NCBI GenBank assembly: GCA_965637545.1
Contig: OZ281496.1
Location: forward strand, 15,748,001 to 15,812,000
Source of the DNA: Phallusia mammillata
Taxonomy: Eukaryota
DNA: 64,000 nucleotides
Direction of reading: 5' to 3'
Made by a program: the position numbers and the translations under genes. Positions 35,955 through 50,351 of this stretch are shown here, one piece after another. How positions within the stretch are numbered: the stretch's first letter is position 1; every line of letters starts with the position of its first letter. The notes under the pieces are model-generated. The model ran no database searches and had not been told where the DNA came from. It was given only the letters and a program-made list of their open reading frames with translations.

Positions 35955-38900
35955 TGTACAGAATTTTTTTTCCAGGTTTGCAAAAGTTAAATAATTTTCT
36001 TATTCAAATATTTCTTTCGTGTTCTTATTCAAATAGAGGCGGCAACACCTAACGATTAGAAGAACGACGGTCTTACTTTAAATTGAGTGGAAAAAAGTGT
36101 GTACGAACTTAGTTTTTATTCCCGGAGGATGCACAAAGTACCTGCAACCTCTTTACATGTATATAAATGGTTTTAGTTTTGGCCATAAAAAGTATAATTT
36201 TGTACAAGCACAAGAAATAACATAAAGAAAAAGATAGAAAAAAAATAGAAACAAAATTAGTTATGTCTCAAATGATATTATGGATGCTTTAATAACAATG
36301 GGAAGTGGGAACAGAAATAAAACAACACCTACCCAGGCACAGACATATGTGAACCAAATTAAATCAGTATAATCACAAGTTTAGAGGACTTCAAATATCC
36401 CAAAACCATATTTTTAAATTTATCTAAAAAATCTATCATAAGTTTTCCAACATGACTTTGCTAGTTGGAAAAAACTCCCGAAAAATGTCCCTTTGCTGTG
36501 CTTTCTTAGAGACTTAGAAAATGAAAAAGCAATTTCGTTTCGACTGTGGAGTTAATATAAGCAAACAGCAACAGCTAAGGTCGGCCAGAGACGCGGAAGA
36601 CAAGGGATATTTAATTAACCACAAACGTAATGTAACGTATCTGTTATAGTTATTTTGGTGTAAAGCTAGCTATTTGAAGACAAGGGATATTTAATTAACC
36701 ACAAACGTAATGTAACGTATCTGTTATAGTTATTTTGGTGTGATACAGGTAATGTAAAAATGTCTGCAAACGTCGAATTATTATATTCATATTTTTTTTT
36801 TGGGGGGGGGGGGGACTGCAGAAGAAAGGACTCCCTTAAGCGGGTTCATTTTTAGAAAAAAAGCGACTTGATAATGGTGCAGTTGTTAACCATTGTTCAC
36901 CAATTGGCAGAAGAGCGGACGCAGGATGCAAGGAACCTTGGTGTATTGGTGTGGCGTTCGTGAGGTAAAAGATTAAAAGTAATACAAGTTACAACCCGTT
37001 TTTTTTTTCGTTTCTGGATTTGTACAGAAAAACTACTGAGACATTCCACCATAATTTGCGGGCCAGGACATGTGGCCATCGACGAATCGCCCTCAACAGT
37101 TATCGACGCACCAAAACTAAGTATGTACATAGTACACTTAGAATAAGACCGTAATTGCAGATCAGAAAAAATAGTTTTTTAGGAAATGTTTCATGTTGTT
37201 AGTTCTATTAAGAGAACAACAAACCCTGGAAGGTGATATTCAGAGGCACGTTTTGCCACGCACCGATGAATGGCGGGCATACAACAACTTAGGAAGTATG
37301 CAAAAGAGGTTAAATAACAAGTAACATAATCTGTGTAATATGTTACGGCGACGGGAGTCCATACAAATGAAATTGAAAGCTTGTGGAGAAGTGCCCATAA
37401 AGTATTAAGAAGAAACGAAGTTAAACGGGACTTCATACCAACATATTTGAATAAGTTTCTTTGGCGCCAAAGAATACCAAAAAAACAGGTATTTTGCAGA
37501 TATCATCAAATCCATCGCAGAAAACCCGAAATCCAGTTTAAAAATCGATCTGGGCACGAGGCAACAGAACTTTACAGTGCAATTCTGTTACAGACCCCAC
37601 GAGGCATGATAAAGCTAACCAACAGTCATCTAAAAATGAACTAAAAAGCCCCGCAATTTTGGGTTGTCCCACAACTAATAAAAGAAGAAGTTCCTGTTTT
37701 AGCACTTACTCAAACAGTTCTTTGAAAGTTCTCAAACTGGCAGAACACCATACAGTGGAAAAATCACTTTCTTACGTTGCAGTTTATATCAGGGTTTATT
37801 TTCTGGTCATAGTGCCCATATAAACAGCAAACACAAGGATTCTTCCATTCACATCACAACTAACCAGAGACACTAACAGACAGATATGAAGAACATGTTC
37901 AGACCAAAAAAAGTTGATACTCATTTACTTACAGAGCAAAATTTGGATATTATGACAGAGTTTTCTGCAGCAAACTTATATTTCCAAAACTTTATCACAG
38001 TGCCCAGGTAATCAAGAATTCTTGCATTTACATTGGGACTAAACCAGAGGCACTAACAGATATGAATAACATAATCAGACATATCTTCCACCAAAAAATG
38101 TTTACACTCATTTTACTTACGGAGCAAAATTACATTTCTGAAACTCTACTGTATTTAAACCTATTTTAATATCAGCTATGCTTTTTTTGCCAGAGAAAAT
38201 ACTTTTAGTTTAGTTTTGTCAAATGGTGATCAGATCACATGTGTTGACCAGCCTTCGATGGTCTAAACTAGTGCTCTTCAACCTTTTTTGGTCTAGTGAA
38301 CCCCTAAAGTTGTTGTGACGAACTCATGCACCCTTTTTACTTAAAAGCTAAACTGAGGTAAAAAGCGATATAGTAGCGAGGTGTTTATTGGAGGTACATC
38401 TTAATAGAATAGTACAAGGTACGAATACGCCACATAAGACGAGAGTCAAAGAAAGAAGGCAATCTGTCCGAATCGTTTTAGTATGTAAGACACGATAATC
38501 GGAAGATGGAGAGGCCGCTACAATGTGAAAAATCAGTATACATATCATCATGTCATATAAATCGAGCGGAACTGCCGAAGTTTTACACCAGGGGCGTGCA
38601 ACTGTTTATCGCAGTGGGCCACAACTTACAGTCAAAATAGTGCTGGGGCCAGACAATTAAGCAACATACACATTTTTTAAACCAGGGCTTCCCAACCTTT
38701 TTACGACCTCGTACCACTTGGACGCTCTGTACTGCCACGCGTACCACTTCTTGCAGAACAACTAATTTGATCGAATCATATTTTATGGAGAATAATAATA
38801 TTGGCCTACTAAAATAACACCAAAGCACAATACCTAAATTTGATGAGATTTTTATTTCTTGCATTTTCGCTGCTTGACATGATTAAAGGCCCGTTCACAC

Positions 38901-41900
38901 CGGACGTAGCGAAGCGAAGTTGAGCGAAGGGGGTGTTCACACCGGACGTAGCGTAGCGAAGCCAAGTTGGGCGAACGACCAACTTCTTTAGGAAACGTCG
39001 TATACACAAAACAAAGTTTGCCAAATAAATAAATGCCATGGAATGTTTATTTGTCAATAAAATACTTAAATCATATTTATTTAACTACTGTTGAATTAAT
39101 TGACATTGTGACGTCATATTCCCTGTACATGTTTACTGTACAGTAATAAAATGTTTGAATCACCAAAATGCACGAAGAAAACGTTTTGTGATTTTTTCTT
39201 TGCTGCACATTGCTATGTCCTGATTTTTTTATATGTCATTAAACATATGTTACCAGAACCAATTACTGTTTATTAAATACAATTTCTGTCCTGTTCCTGA
39301 TTGAATACCTGGATTTTCATGCAAAACTTCATGGTAACTTTTTATTTTCTACATGGAAACAAAATAAAATAGCCAGAAACATTTTATTGAAATCATAACT
39401 AACAACAAATCATTTGAAATACTGAATATTTTTTTGTTTTTTTATTGGCATAGTAGTGGTCTGATGTTTCAAGTAGTGTTCTGATGTTTCAAAGCCAGTA
39501 CACTCCCAACATGGGCCTTGATGTAGACTTAGTTTCACCTTCCTTGATCAAGTAATGGCACTTCAGGATCTTGAGTTACATCTAAATAACAACACTCTAG
39601 TTTTGAAGAATATTTAAGTGTTAAAGATTTTAGTGGTATAGCATTTATACATGTTAAAACTACTTTTTACATATTATTTTCTCCTACTGCACATGGCAAA
39701 CAAAACTAGGCCACAAAATTTACCAACATTTGATAGAACAGCGTGTGAATGACAAGGCAAAAAGTATACTAATGCCAACATTTTAAAACATTGCAAAAAT
39801 TATACTGATGAGGGATACTGATACATATCAAACATGTTACTACAAAATACAAACCTACATATGGTTTTGGTAAATCCAATCAAGTCAGACATGGGAATCC
39901 TTGGTTAAAGGGAACCAGAAAAATACAGCTTACTTCACATACATTAAAACAAGTTTTGTTTTGACAAAATACCTCGCTTATATTACAAATAAATGTCTTT
40001 ATTGTACCTGCTAAACAAAACATAAGTTTTCATAATTAATATCACATATAGTTTTTCTTGTAGCTGCAGCTCACATACACATATTAGTTAACTACAGTGA
40101 CTATACGTTTATTTAAATTTTTACATATTGTTTACATTGACTGCAATTTGTTTTAAAAAACTTGTTTCAAATTCTAACTGGATTTTTATCTGTTTAAAAA
40201 GATAACCTACTAGTTTTACATTTTTTTTTAAACAGCCAACTGTTCTTTTTTACTGACAAACAAAAACTCGTTACTTTTAAACCTTCATCCAGCCTACTGT
40301 ACACTTTTCGGCAAAGTTTCTGGTAAAAAATTACGACTGTACAGGAACCTTCGCCCAACTTTTTCGCTACGCTCACGAAACCTCGCCGAGTTCGCCCGAA
40401 TTCGGGCGAAGGCTGCGTCCGGTGTGAACAGTCCCATTGAAATCCATTGTAGCGAAAGGTTCGCTCAACTTCGCTTCGCTACGCTACGTCCGGTGTGAAC
40501 GGGCCTTAACGCCCACTGTACCACAGCGTTGTACGGTTTTTCAAAGCAACTATGCTTCTTGTTGACAATTGACTTGAAGATCGTAATAATACGACACAAC
40601 AGGAGTAGTTACGTAACAATAAGAATAGGCTTAGGTAACGTTTTTTCGTAAACAAAACATAAAGTTGTGAATCCAGGTTTTTGTGAAAAAAACGAAATCT
40701 ACTCGCGTACCACCTGAAAGACCTTCGCATACCACTAGTGGTACGCGTACCACAGGTTGGGAACCGCTGTTTTAAACAGTTTATTTAAATAGCAAGGCGC
40801 ACAAAATCAAGTTACTTTTTGAGTACTCTTTAATCAATGGGACATTTGCTAACCTTTTCGTACAATACATCTCACTATATTTACTGAACCTATAAATCAT
40901 GTTTCTGAATCATTGCTAGAAAGGCAGTTCTTTCATAATGAACACTATGATGCAACAACGGGAATATGTCGCCACAGTTAATTAAACCTTATCACAGTGT
41001 GACGTTGTGCAAAGTTAAAAATACCAGTGATGGTGTACAAATAGCATTCCATGCTCTAACAGTAAAAAGTATTCATGACTATAGAGTAATTTGAAGTCTG
41101 CGAGGGCTACGAAAATAGGTGCCGCGGGCCGTGTGTTGCACGCCCCTGTTTTACACACTGTCGGTGAGAGTTCGATTAACAGCATCAAACGAACTTAAGA
41201 AAATAACAAAAAGAATGCCTATTTAATGACTGTTTTGTTGTTGCACATTACTCTAACTCACACCGAGGTATGATATCTTTGTCAATTGCTCCTCTCATCA
41301 ATGGATCCATGTGTGTGATTGGATTTCTTTTTCGAGATTTGATTTCGCAAAAAATACGTAGTTGGCATTTGAATAAGCACGGAGATTGCCTTGTCTGCTA
41401 TTCTTCTGTATTCTGGCACATTTAACAGGTGCGACCCAAAGTCACTGTATGGTGTCTCTTTAAATAATGCCTTCATATCAAAATCTGATTGGCGTTTAAT
41501 CATAAAATTGTTTTTATTAGTAGAATCGTATGACCGGCACCTGGAAAAGGCATACATATTAAGTGATGTTCAATCTTCCGAAGAAAACAGTTTTGGACAA
41601 AATACATCACAAAGTGATTGTTTTATACCACCACCTGTTCGCAACAGTCGTCTTCCATAATAGCAGTAAGCAATTTCTGTTTTTATTACCTATTCATTAA
41701 ATGTGGACCAGGATTAATGAACCTAACAAAAAGAAATTCATCTAATACTTTGATTTCAGTTCTATTTTGGTACCACATCAGAGTGTAAGAGCCCCTAAAA
41801 TGCAGAAAGTGAAAAGTACAACATTGCCACCAGCAGCTAATCAACTCCATGAAATAATGAGACTATTTGCTCAGCTAAACCAACTTACACGAATAACAAT

Positions 41901-44039
41901 AAGACTTAAATAAAAGGTTGATTAATTTCTGATGAAAGATGACGAACAATCTTTTGATATTGAACCTGAGACAGAGTTAAACCGCATTTTGCTGAATGTT
42001 ACGGTATGACTTGCAGGATTATAAGGATATAGCAAGTTTCAACACATTTTGCACACTGCTAATCATAAAATTTTATTGTTAAGAGTATTACAATTCACAT
42101 CTTATAAGGATGCGACATTTGACAACAGCATCGTAAACGAAGTTAAAGTTTATCTTTTCCAAGTTTCGTTTTCGCTTTTCTAATTCAGGATAGGCCTCAC
42201 CCTTTTCTGCCAAGAACGCTTTAATCCCGACCAGACTTTCGACAAATCTCAACAGAACCTTACCACTACTAAGCCATCTTACGCTGCAGTGCAGAGGCAA
42301 GTCTCGATATGCACATTCCATATCTTCAAGCAAAGAACGAAGTTGTCTGTGTGTTGTAACAGAGCGTGCGACTAGGAAATTTACTATTTTTGTTACAGAA
42401 GACTTAACGTTATTGAGAGCTGAATTTGAAATCTTTGCACACAGATTTTCTTGGTAAACAATGCAATGAAACTTTATTACAGGGTGTCCAAATGTCGTTT
42501 ATATTCACACTTTCATCAAAAGCCACACTAAAAACAGTCGCATTTATTAGTGCAACAGTTTGCTTTTCTTTTACATCTGTGGCCATGTCCATAATGCGTC
42601 TTTCTACTGTCCTGGCGGAAACAGGCACATCCTTTATCCTCGATATAATGATATATATTTTTCACAGAAGATTCCATGATTAATTGCCCTTTCAAAACCA
42701 GGTTTACACTCTTACGAAGAAACATTTAAGGGAAAACGACACAGCTAAGACTAAACCGTGCACAGTTCTGACTTATTCGCTTCAACTATTTGCAACAGTT
42801 GTTTTAAGTCACAATAATTGCAAACTGGTTAGTGATGAACATCTGCCAAACAAACAGTTAACTTCACCCTAAACACACGCATTGTTTGGTAAATTATGAC
42901 GACACAGACGCATCCTTGTGTTTGGCTGGGAAAAATACAAATCACAAGCAGGGAAAGCGACGCAGATCACTGTAATCAAATAGTTTAATTCATATCAAAC
43001 AGCTAAGCTGCAAAAGAATGCAAACTTGAAAAGCACTCGGTGTGCCATGAAAAATCACCTCGTGTGCCAGGGGGTGCCGACCCTGCACTAAAGGATCCAG
43101 TTTCGACCGTGTAAGACTGTTGTTCCTCGCTTGTCATAAAGTACCTTGTAGGTTTTGCGAGGTTTTCTTTTCACAATTTTTAGAATGTTTTCGCGAGTTG
43201 TGTTGACAAGGTTTGGTGTTAATCTGATTTTGGTACAAAAAATGTAACTTCATGTGCTGGTCACTTTCAACGCGTCGTCCAGATTAGTTTTGACTATCGT
43301 GTTGTCGTCGTATTTAAAAACTGTGCCATTACGAAACACATACGTAATATAATGGCCATGTTGAACTTCTTTTCCGAGGTGAGACACACCACATGTTTCA
43401 AGCGAAATTGAACTGTCTTATCACAGCATGGAACAAGTAGTTGGGTGTCAGTGATAATTGGTGCGTTTTTACTATTCCGTTTCTTTCTAGTATGAAGGAT
43501 AAACCTGAAGGATCGTTGACAATGGAATAAGTCAAATGTTGTTGTGTGCAGATTGTTTGTATAATCTAGGGACATCTGCGATCAGCTGCTGAAAAAAACA
43601 CACGACCATGCGGGTATTCCAAGTTGTCTCAACATTGCAAATAATTCCTTTAAGTGTTTGTTCCCAATATGGAGGACTGCCACAGTTGCTCTACATAAAA
43701 GTTGACCGTTTAGATATCAAGTAAAGGAATTTTTGTTCGTTAAAAACTATTTCTTTCCGTAGAAACATCGTCCTTCAGCTTCTGTTGCTTTGACATTGGT
43801 GTGTCAAATAAATATCGTGCAGGGTCAGCGGGAAGAAGGTAAAACACTTGTGAAGCAGACGTCTGATAAGTTTCTTAATTTACAGTCTATGTTTTTTTAA
43901 ACACGTGTTTCAAAACGATTACAAGCATTTCTGACATGGTGGAAAAATCTAAAATTAAAATGTTTGTCAATTATCTCTGGAATAAATTAAATATTAGTGT
44001 TTGGAGAATGTGTACAAACCTGGATTGTAAATATCAATA
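35757..44039 (-). repeat. Right arm of ~20-kb inverted duplication (mirror copies of all left-arm elements except the Penelope insert)
   Basis: Mirror nested elements at 38589-41148, 38683-40769 and 38887-40506; mirror Merlin remnant at ~37055-37644. Confidence 0.95.
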
Positions 44040-44664
44040 CCCCATAGCTATTGCGTACTTGAATGTCACTAGTTTGAAAACGACCGAACAGCAATGTTTC
44101 TCCCAATAATCTTTAGCGTAGAATAGCAGTGACAGAATTAATAACACAATATTGTAAATTCCTGTATGTTGTCAAAATCCTAAAAATGTTATACTGCATT
44201 GAAAGTAGTTTACTATGCTGTTTTCAATTAAAAACCAAATGATAAGTTTACCATGGTTTAAATTTAGCCTCAATTTGAAAGAACAAAAAGTAATAACACC
44301 TTGAAAGTAGATAAAACTAACGTATGTTGAGAGTATTTGTCCGAAAGAGGATTTTAGCATCGCTCCTCAACCCCATACAAGTAAGATTATTGAAGCGTTT
44401 TAGTTGGTTACAACAATCGCTCTTGTTATATACACAACATGCACCCTTAAATCGGCTTCCTATAGCTTCGTGCAGTAAACCATAGCGTAAAAAGCGTATT
44501 TTGAAACACGTTTTGTGCAATCAACATAAACATCTGTTTTATGTACGATTTTGAATACCTAAACAGCGCGTTATAGCAAGCATTGTGGTTTAATAAATTA
44601 TTTCGTTCAACTGGTTCAATGCTAAACAAAATACTAGTTGTTGTTTACAAGAACTTATTTTTTT

Positions 44665-44707
44665 CCTGACGTTTCGCCCACCAGAACGGTAGGGCTTCTT
44701 CAGAGCA
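44665..44707 (-). ncRNA. Minimal hammerhead ribozyme motif in Penelope 3' pLTR region
   Basis: CT CTGAAGA A GCCC-T-ACC gttct GGT GGGC GAA ACGT C AG. Confidence 0.72.
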
Positions 44708-46897
44708 ATGAATGAATAATACAGCGGGCACAGAGGCGAAAATGTACAAACACCGCGGGATACGATGAAAAATAATTACTTTAGGACAAAGGCTTTCCGT
44801 AAAGAGTTGCGGGTGCTACAAAATGACAGGGCGTAACTAATGTCCGATATTTGATGGGGAAGCCGGACGCAAAATGTCGCGGAAAACTAAGCTCAGGCTT
44901 TTGCCATCGTTACGATTTAATACATTTGAAATAGAATTTATAAGTCAACATTCAAAGACCAATCTTTTCGACCAATTCTGTTCTTGTTTCAAGATTTGGG
45001 CATCGTTCCAATTAATGCGGTGATCACATTCCAAAACATGTTCGCATAAAGGCCGGTTCACACATCGTCCGTCTTGCGTTGGCGGTTAACGGCTGAGCGG
45101 TTTCAGTTGTACGCAACGGCAAAACGTTTGCCGTTAGCCGCGTCCGGTTCACACTGTGTTACAGCTTGCGGTTTTTAGTTGCCATGGCAAAAACCAGCCT
45201 CTAACTGGCAATCTGTAGCATCAACAGGCAAAATGTCGTCCCGTTGTAAAACAAAGTTGCTTCTGCTTTTACAAAACCGTCGCCTAATTCTGTCTGCATT
45301 GTTAAAGTTACGCCGTCGTCGTAAACGGAGGTAGGTTACCATTTTATTGCTGATATTTGGGCCTAGTTTGTTTATAATAAACCCTTTGTTGCTATTTAGG
45401 TGGTGGGTAAGGCCAATTAATAGACACAGGGATATTCGTGGAGAACTAGTCCTAGTAGCGGAAATGCGTAGTGACCCCGAAAGCTTTCACCGTTATTTCA
45501 GGATGGACGTCAGGACCTATGACCACTTACTTTCGTTGGTAAAACCGTTAATTTCAAAACAGAATACGGGTTGGCGAAGTTCCATATCCGCAAATGCGAG
45601 ATTAGCAATGACCTTAAGGTAAGAGTTAGACCCACAAGTAATTTCAGTTGATTGTTCTCATTATTAAACTAAGAGTTTTTGTAACGCAGATTTTTAGCTA
45701 CTGGGGATTCACAGCAGACCATTGCTTTTAATTACCGCGTTGGACGGTCAACCTTGTGCGTCATTGTAAAAGAAACGTGCGAAGTGCTTTGCAAAGTACT
45801 GGAGCCGACGTATTTAAAAATGCCCAACACACAGGCGGACTGGCGCAGCATTACACAAAAATTTCATCAACAATGGAACTTTCCTATGTGCTTAGGTCAG
45901 GCGTGTCCAACACGTGGCACGCGTGCCAAAAGTGGCACGCAGAGCATTTAAAAATGGCACGCGAGCTTTTGCACATTCAGATAGTAAACATTTGTCAAGC
46001 AATTAAATTTGTTTCTATTGATTCTTCTTGGCCTTTATTCTAACCTCTGTAAAGATTACCAGTGGTTAATCTACTAATTAAATTGTTCGTTTTTGACAAA
46101 ATTTAAAGCCTCCTTGCCATAGACGTAGAGCTTCAAAAAAATGCCAGGGGTGCGACTTTTGATCAATGGCGCCGATACCTTCTGTGTTTTAGCCTGTAGT
46201 TTCTGTCACATTATATTGTAAATAGTCACTTGATACATTTATTTGTGTGGTTGGGGTGTTTGCTGTGCGTCCAATAACGTATGCACATACCGAAAGGACG
46301 ATTTGCCGAATCAGTCATTTTAACAACGATTTAGTTTTTAAAGAACTTGTTACGCAGGAAATAAAAGTAAAACCAATTCACGTTTCAAATATAACTGACC
46401 GAAACTTAGGTCATCTTGGATCAAGTTTGGGCCGTTGCAGTGCTTGGCAAACGGACATTTAACACGGCTTAGGAATCGGTAATGCAAACGTACATAACAA
46501 CATCTAAAAGCGGCTATAAACCCCTTGCATTGTTTAATGTTGGCCCATGGAATTTATTAACAAAAAAATATAATTATTTTTATTTCAGAAAGTTATCGCG
46601 CCACATAATACTAAAACGTTAGTGAACGTGCCACGTTTATGTCGCAATAAAATGCCCGTTTATTTCGAAACAATTGTAATTGTTGCGTTTCAACCGATGT
46701 CTGTCCAATTAATTACGTGACTATAAACGCATTTGTGTTTAGTTGGAAAAACATTTTAAACCGACGTAACTTGAACAAAGATAAGTTTTTGACGCACACA
46801 AAGTACTCAAGTGCCCCATTTTTTTCTAACCGTTTAGTAGGGTTCTACATATTGGCCAAATATTCGGATTGAGCCCGTGCCGTTAAGACGTTTAAGA

Positions 46898-49406
46898 CAG
46901 TGCTCTTCAACCTTTTTCCCCGTTGTATACCTTTTACAATTCTGCTGCAGCTTTGTATACCCCACACATAGCATTTTTTTATGTGAACATAGGTTAAATA
47001 GTCAACGAAAAATTAGTAGCTGGGTCAACTGAAACGAAAGTATAAGAAACGAAACAATCAAAGATGATTCAATGGCTAGCTTGCTGCTGCATTGTTTCTG
47101 CAATTTGGACATAACGTGGTGTTAACACGTTCTCAACAGCCCCCCTCATTAAAGAATCAATGTCAAGTATCGAGTTTCGTTTGTTTGACTTTATCTCGAC
47201 AAGACTGGAAAATCCTTCTTCGCATAAATAAGTGGTAGGCATCTGTACCAAAATATCAATGGCCTTTTTTGCAATATTTTCGTATTCAGGATATTGTAAA
47301 AGAGATACCCAGAATTCTGAGTAATCCACTCCTCGAAATAAGTACTTTTGGTTTAAATCAGCGCGGAGTTCCAGCAATTCCTCGTCTACTGTAAGCTCAT
47401 CATTAAATGGCTGAATAATCCACGAGTTGGTTTCCAGATATTGGTCGTTGTCGTCAGGAAAGTACGCGGCCAAATTATCGCCAAGTAAGTTCAAGTGACC
47501 AACAATAAGGACAGCCAGTTTATCTTCAATAGAAACATCCTCAAACTCCCAACCACACTCTTTCATATATTGGCTTAATAAAGGGAAGTCATTGAAGTTT
47601 CTTGATTGAGCATTATTTTTCCAGAGTGGAATTTTTAGTTTCAGTGCATTGATCTTGCTCGTAGAGCGAAATATATCACCCCCTTTACCTTGAAGAGAGA
47701 TGTTGACTTGGTTAAACGATCAAAAATCGATGCCAAGTACGCCAATTTTGCAACCCAGAATATGTCAAGGAACTTTATAGCTCTTTCGTCTTTATGTTGA
47801 GTGTAATACTCTGTTAATGGTTTACGAAGTTCGAACACACGGGAAAGAACTTTCCCCCTGGATAGCCACCGTACCTCCGAGTGCATAATCAGTTTTTTGG
47901 AAGAGGATGTCATTTCATCACAAAGTTTTGAAAACAATCTGTGTTGCTTAGCACTTTTTCGAATTGCGTTTACAATATCTACAACTGCCCGCAGAACATC
48001 GTTTAATTCATGTTCACAGACATCTATCATGCCTGCATTCAGTTTCATTTCTTTGTTACTAATGCTTCGCGATGAAGAATGCAATGAATTCCTACGCACT
48101 TTGGAGACAGACGTTGTATTCTTTTAATCACGCCCTTTTGTGAACCTCGCATAGCTGCAGCGCCATCTGTTGTCACAGCCTTACACTTTGACCAATCTAA
48201 CTTCTCGTTTTCAAAGAATTTGTTTATTTTGTTGAAAATCGCTTCAGCAGTTGCTGTTTCTCCAACTGGTTGACAAAAAAGATAGTGTTCGACTATTCTG
48301 TTTACTTCTACATCAGGAAACCTACAGAAAACCATTAGCTGAGACTCACTACTTACATCAGTACTTTCATCCAACTGTATGCCGAAAGAGGAGGCTTTTA
48401 GTAGCTTCTGGATTAGTTGCTCTTTTAAATCTTTGGCTATAACGACACAGCGTCGCCCAACAGTAGTGTCGGAAATTGGAAGCTGTTTGACTTTATCAAT
48501 TGCCCTTTTTCCTCCATGAATATAATCAGCCGCAATTTCCAAACAAGGCTGAACTACACGTTCAAGTTCAGTATACGGACGTTTGACTTTCATTATGTGA
48601 TGTGACATTTTTAACGAGGCTAATATGAGGTTTTTGTCATCGATTACCTGGTGTCCCATTTGCTTACCAAACAAACTGCTTGGGCAGCCAATTGTAACTG
48701 GAAGAATTTATTTGACTTGTTTTGGTGTTCTGGATGCTGTTTTGTAAGATGACCTAAAAGCTTTGATTTGACAAGATTAACATTGCCATATACGGTTGAG
48801 CAAAACAGGCACTGGGCAGAAGAAAAAGAACTCTCCTCTTCACCGATTGGGCGACGAAATCCATAATTTATGAAATCGTCATTCCATTTTCGTCTTTTTG
48901 GTGCTGTTTTTTGGCGCTTAGCAGCATTAAGCTCATTTGTAGAGGACGTGGTTGGAGATTCTGTGCTACCAAAGTGCTTAAACAACGACATTGCAACTTC
49001 CAAACTATCATAAATTAGCCACAGTTGTTATCTTATCATGCAGATTTACGTTCACGCTGCCAATTTATCTCAAACACTAGCTACACTTGAAACTTAAAAG
49101 CACAACTAAGCATGTCGTGCACGTAGTCCAGGAGTGTATGCGGCCTATTACGTCATAATCGTTTTTATTAGTTAATGCTTCATAGTTCACATTACTGACG
49201 CAATAATAGAGAATCTGGTCAATATCACTTTGGCCAGGATGTGGTGCTTTTCTGATAGGATATGTAAAAACATTTGTTGTGAGAAAATTGTTGTCAGTAA
49301 CACTAACCTCAGCTGTATTCCCTTCGTATACCCTTGTCTGCTTGTATACCCTAGTTTTGATGCGGTATACACTTGGGTATACAGTATACCCGGTTGAAGA
49401 GCACTG
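46898..49406 (-). mobile_element. Buster/Charlie hAT element, full length
   Basis: Perfect 15-bp TIR CAGTGCTCTTCAACC; TSD GTTTAAGA at 46890-46897 and 49407-49414; subterminal GTATAC motifs. Confidence 0.95.
47069..49003 (-). pseudogene. Buster-type (ZBED5/ZBED8-like) transposase, frameshifted
   Basis: Four frames: BED-like CLFC..HLTKQH, FGIQLDESTD..TDGAAAM..HCILHREAL, HSEVRWLSRG..LAYL..IF, TTYLCEEGFS. Confidence 0.9.
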
Positions 49407-50351
49407 GTTTAAGACATGGTTTGGAAAAAGTACCAAAGGCTGGCACGCGAGTATATTTTGAAACCAAAATTGGCACGGCGGTGTGTTCGAGTTGGACACC
49501 CCTGGCTTAGGTGCAATAGATGGGAACCATGTGATGATACAAGCCCCTCCAATGTCAGGGTCGGAGTTCTACAATTATAAGGGATACTTTAGCATTGTGT
49601 TGTTGCACCGCAGATTACAGATTCTACAATTATAAGGGATACTTTAGCATTGCGATTTGCACCGCAGATTACAGATTCTCTGTCATCGATATTGGGGATT
49701 CGGGCAGACACAGTGATGGAGGAGTGTTTGCTAACTCTAAATTTGGAAGAGAATTTTTAAACAACGCACTTCCATTTCCGCCACCAGAATGTATACCTCA
49801 CACCACAACAAAGGTTCCGTACTGCTTTGTTGCAGACGCTGCATTTCCGCTTTAACATGATGCGGCCTTACCCACTGTCCCGGGCTAGGCGAGTTATAGA
49901 GAATACATTCGGAATTCTAACATCATGGTGGAGGATTTTCAAACGCCCGATTGTTGCCAACGTACACAAGGCTGTGTTCATAACTAAGGCCGCTTGTTGT
50001 CTTCACAATTATCTCCAAGAGCGCAAAAATGAGGATGAAACTGAGCTTTCATATTGTTCACCATCTTACGTGGATCGTGAAGTCGACGGTAATATAATAC
50101 CTGGAGGTTGGCGCCATGATAACGAGGGAAGCAGCTTGCTGCCGATGGGTCAACTTGGTTCAAATAATTACACTCAATTTGCCTCCCAAATACGCGATAG
50201 ATTTAAAGATTACTTCCAGTCATCCCAGGGAAAGCTTGAATGGCAAAACAGTGTTGTAAATAGATAACTTGCTATCCCTACCTGAACTTACATGTTTATA
50301 CAGTTGTATTTCTTCTTTATAATAAAAAAATGACAAAAACACCTTTGTTGC

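Larger units (their letters stand above)
45898..49504. mobile_element. Non-autonomous hAT element inserted in Harbinger exon
   Basis: TIRs CAGGCGTGTCCAAC / GTTGGACACCCCTG; TSD GCTTAGGT at 45890-45897 and 49505-49512. Confidence 0.93.
45233..50267 (+). pseudogene. Spliced Harbinger (HARBI1-like) DDE transposase, disrupted
   Basis: Exons 45233-45330, 45400-45618 and 45690-45897 with GT-AG introns (RWWVRP, LR/FLATGDS, WNFPMCLG); resumes at 49505-49513 with (LG)[47 protein letters not shown]. Broken by a hAT insertion, a tandem duplication and a deletion. Confidence 0.9.

Noticed and set aside
23930-44039. Palindrome as a single giant foldback transposon
   Set aside because: Arms are mosaics of unrelated TE debris, the outer ends show no TSD or TIR signature, and no internal tandem-repeat arm structure is seen.
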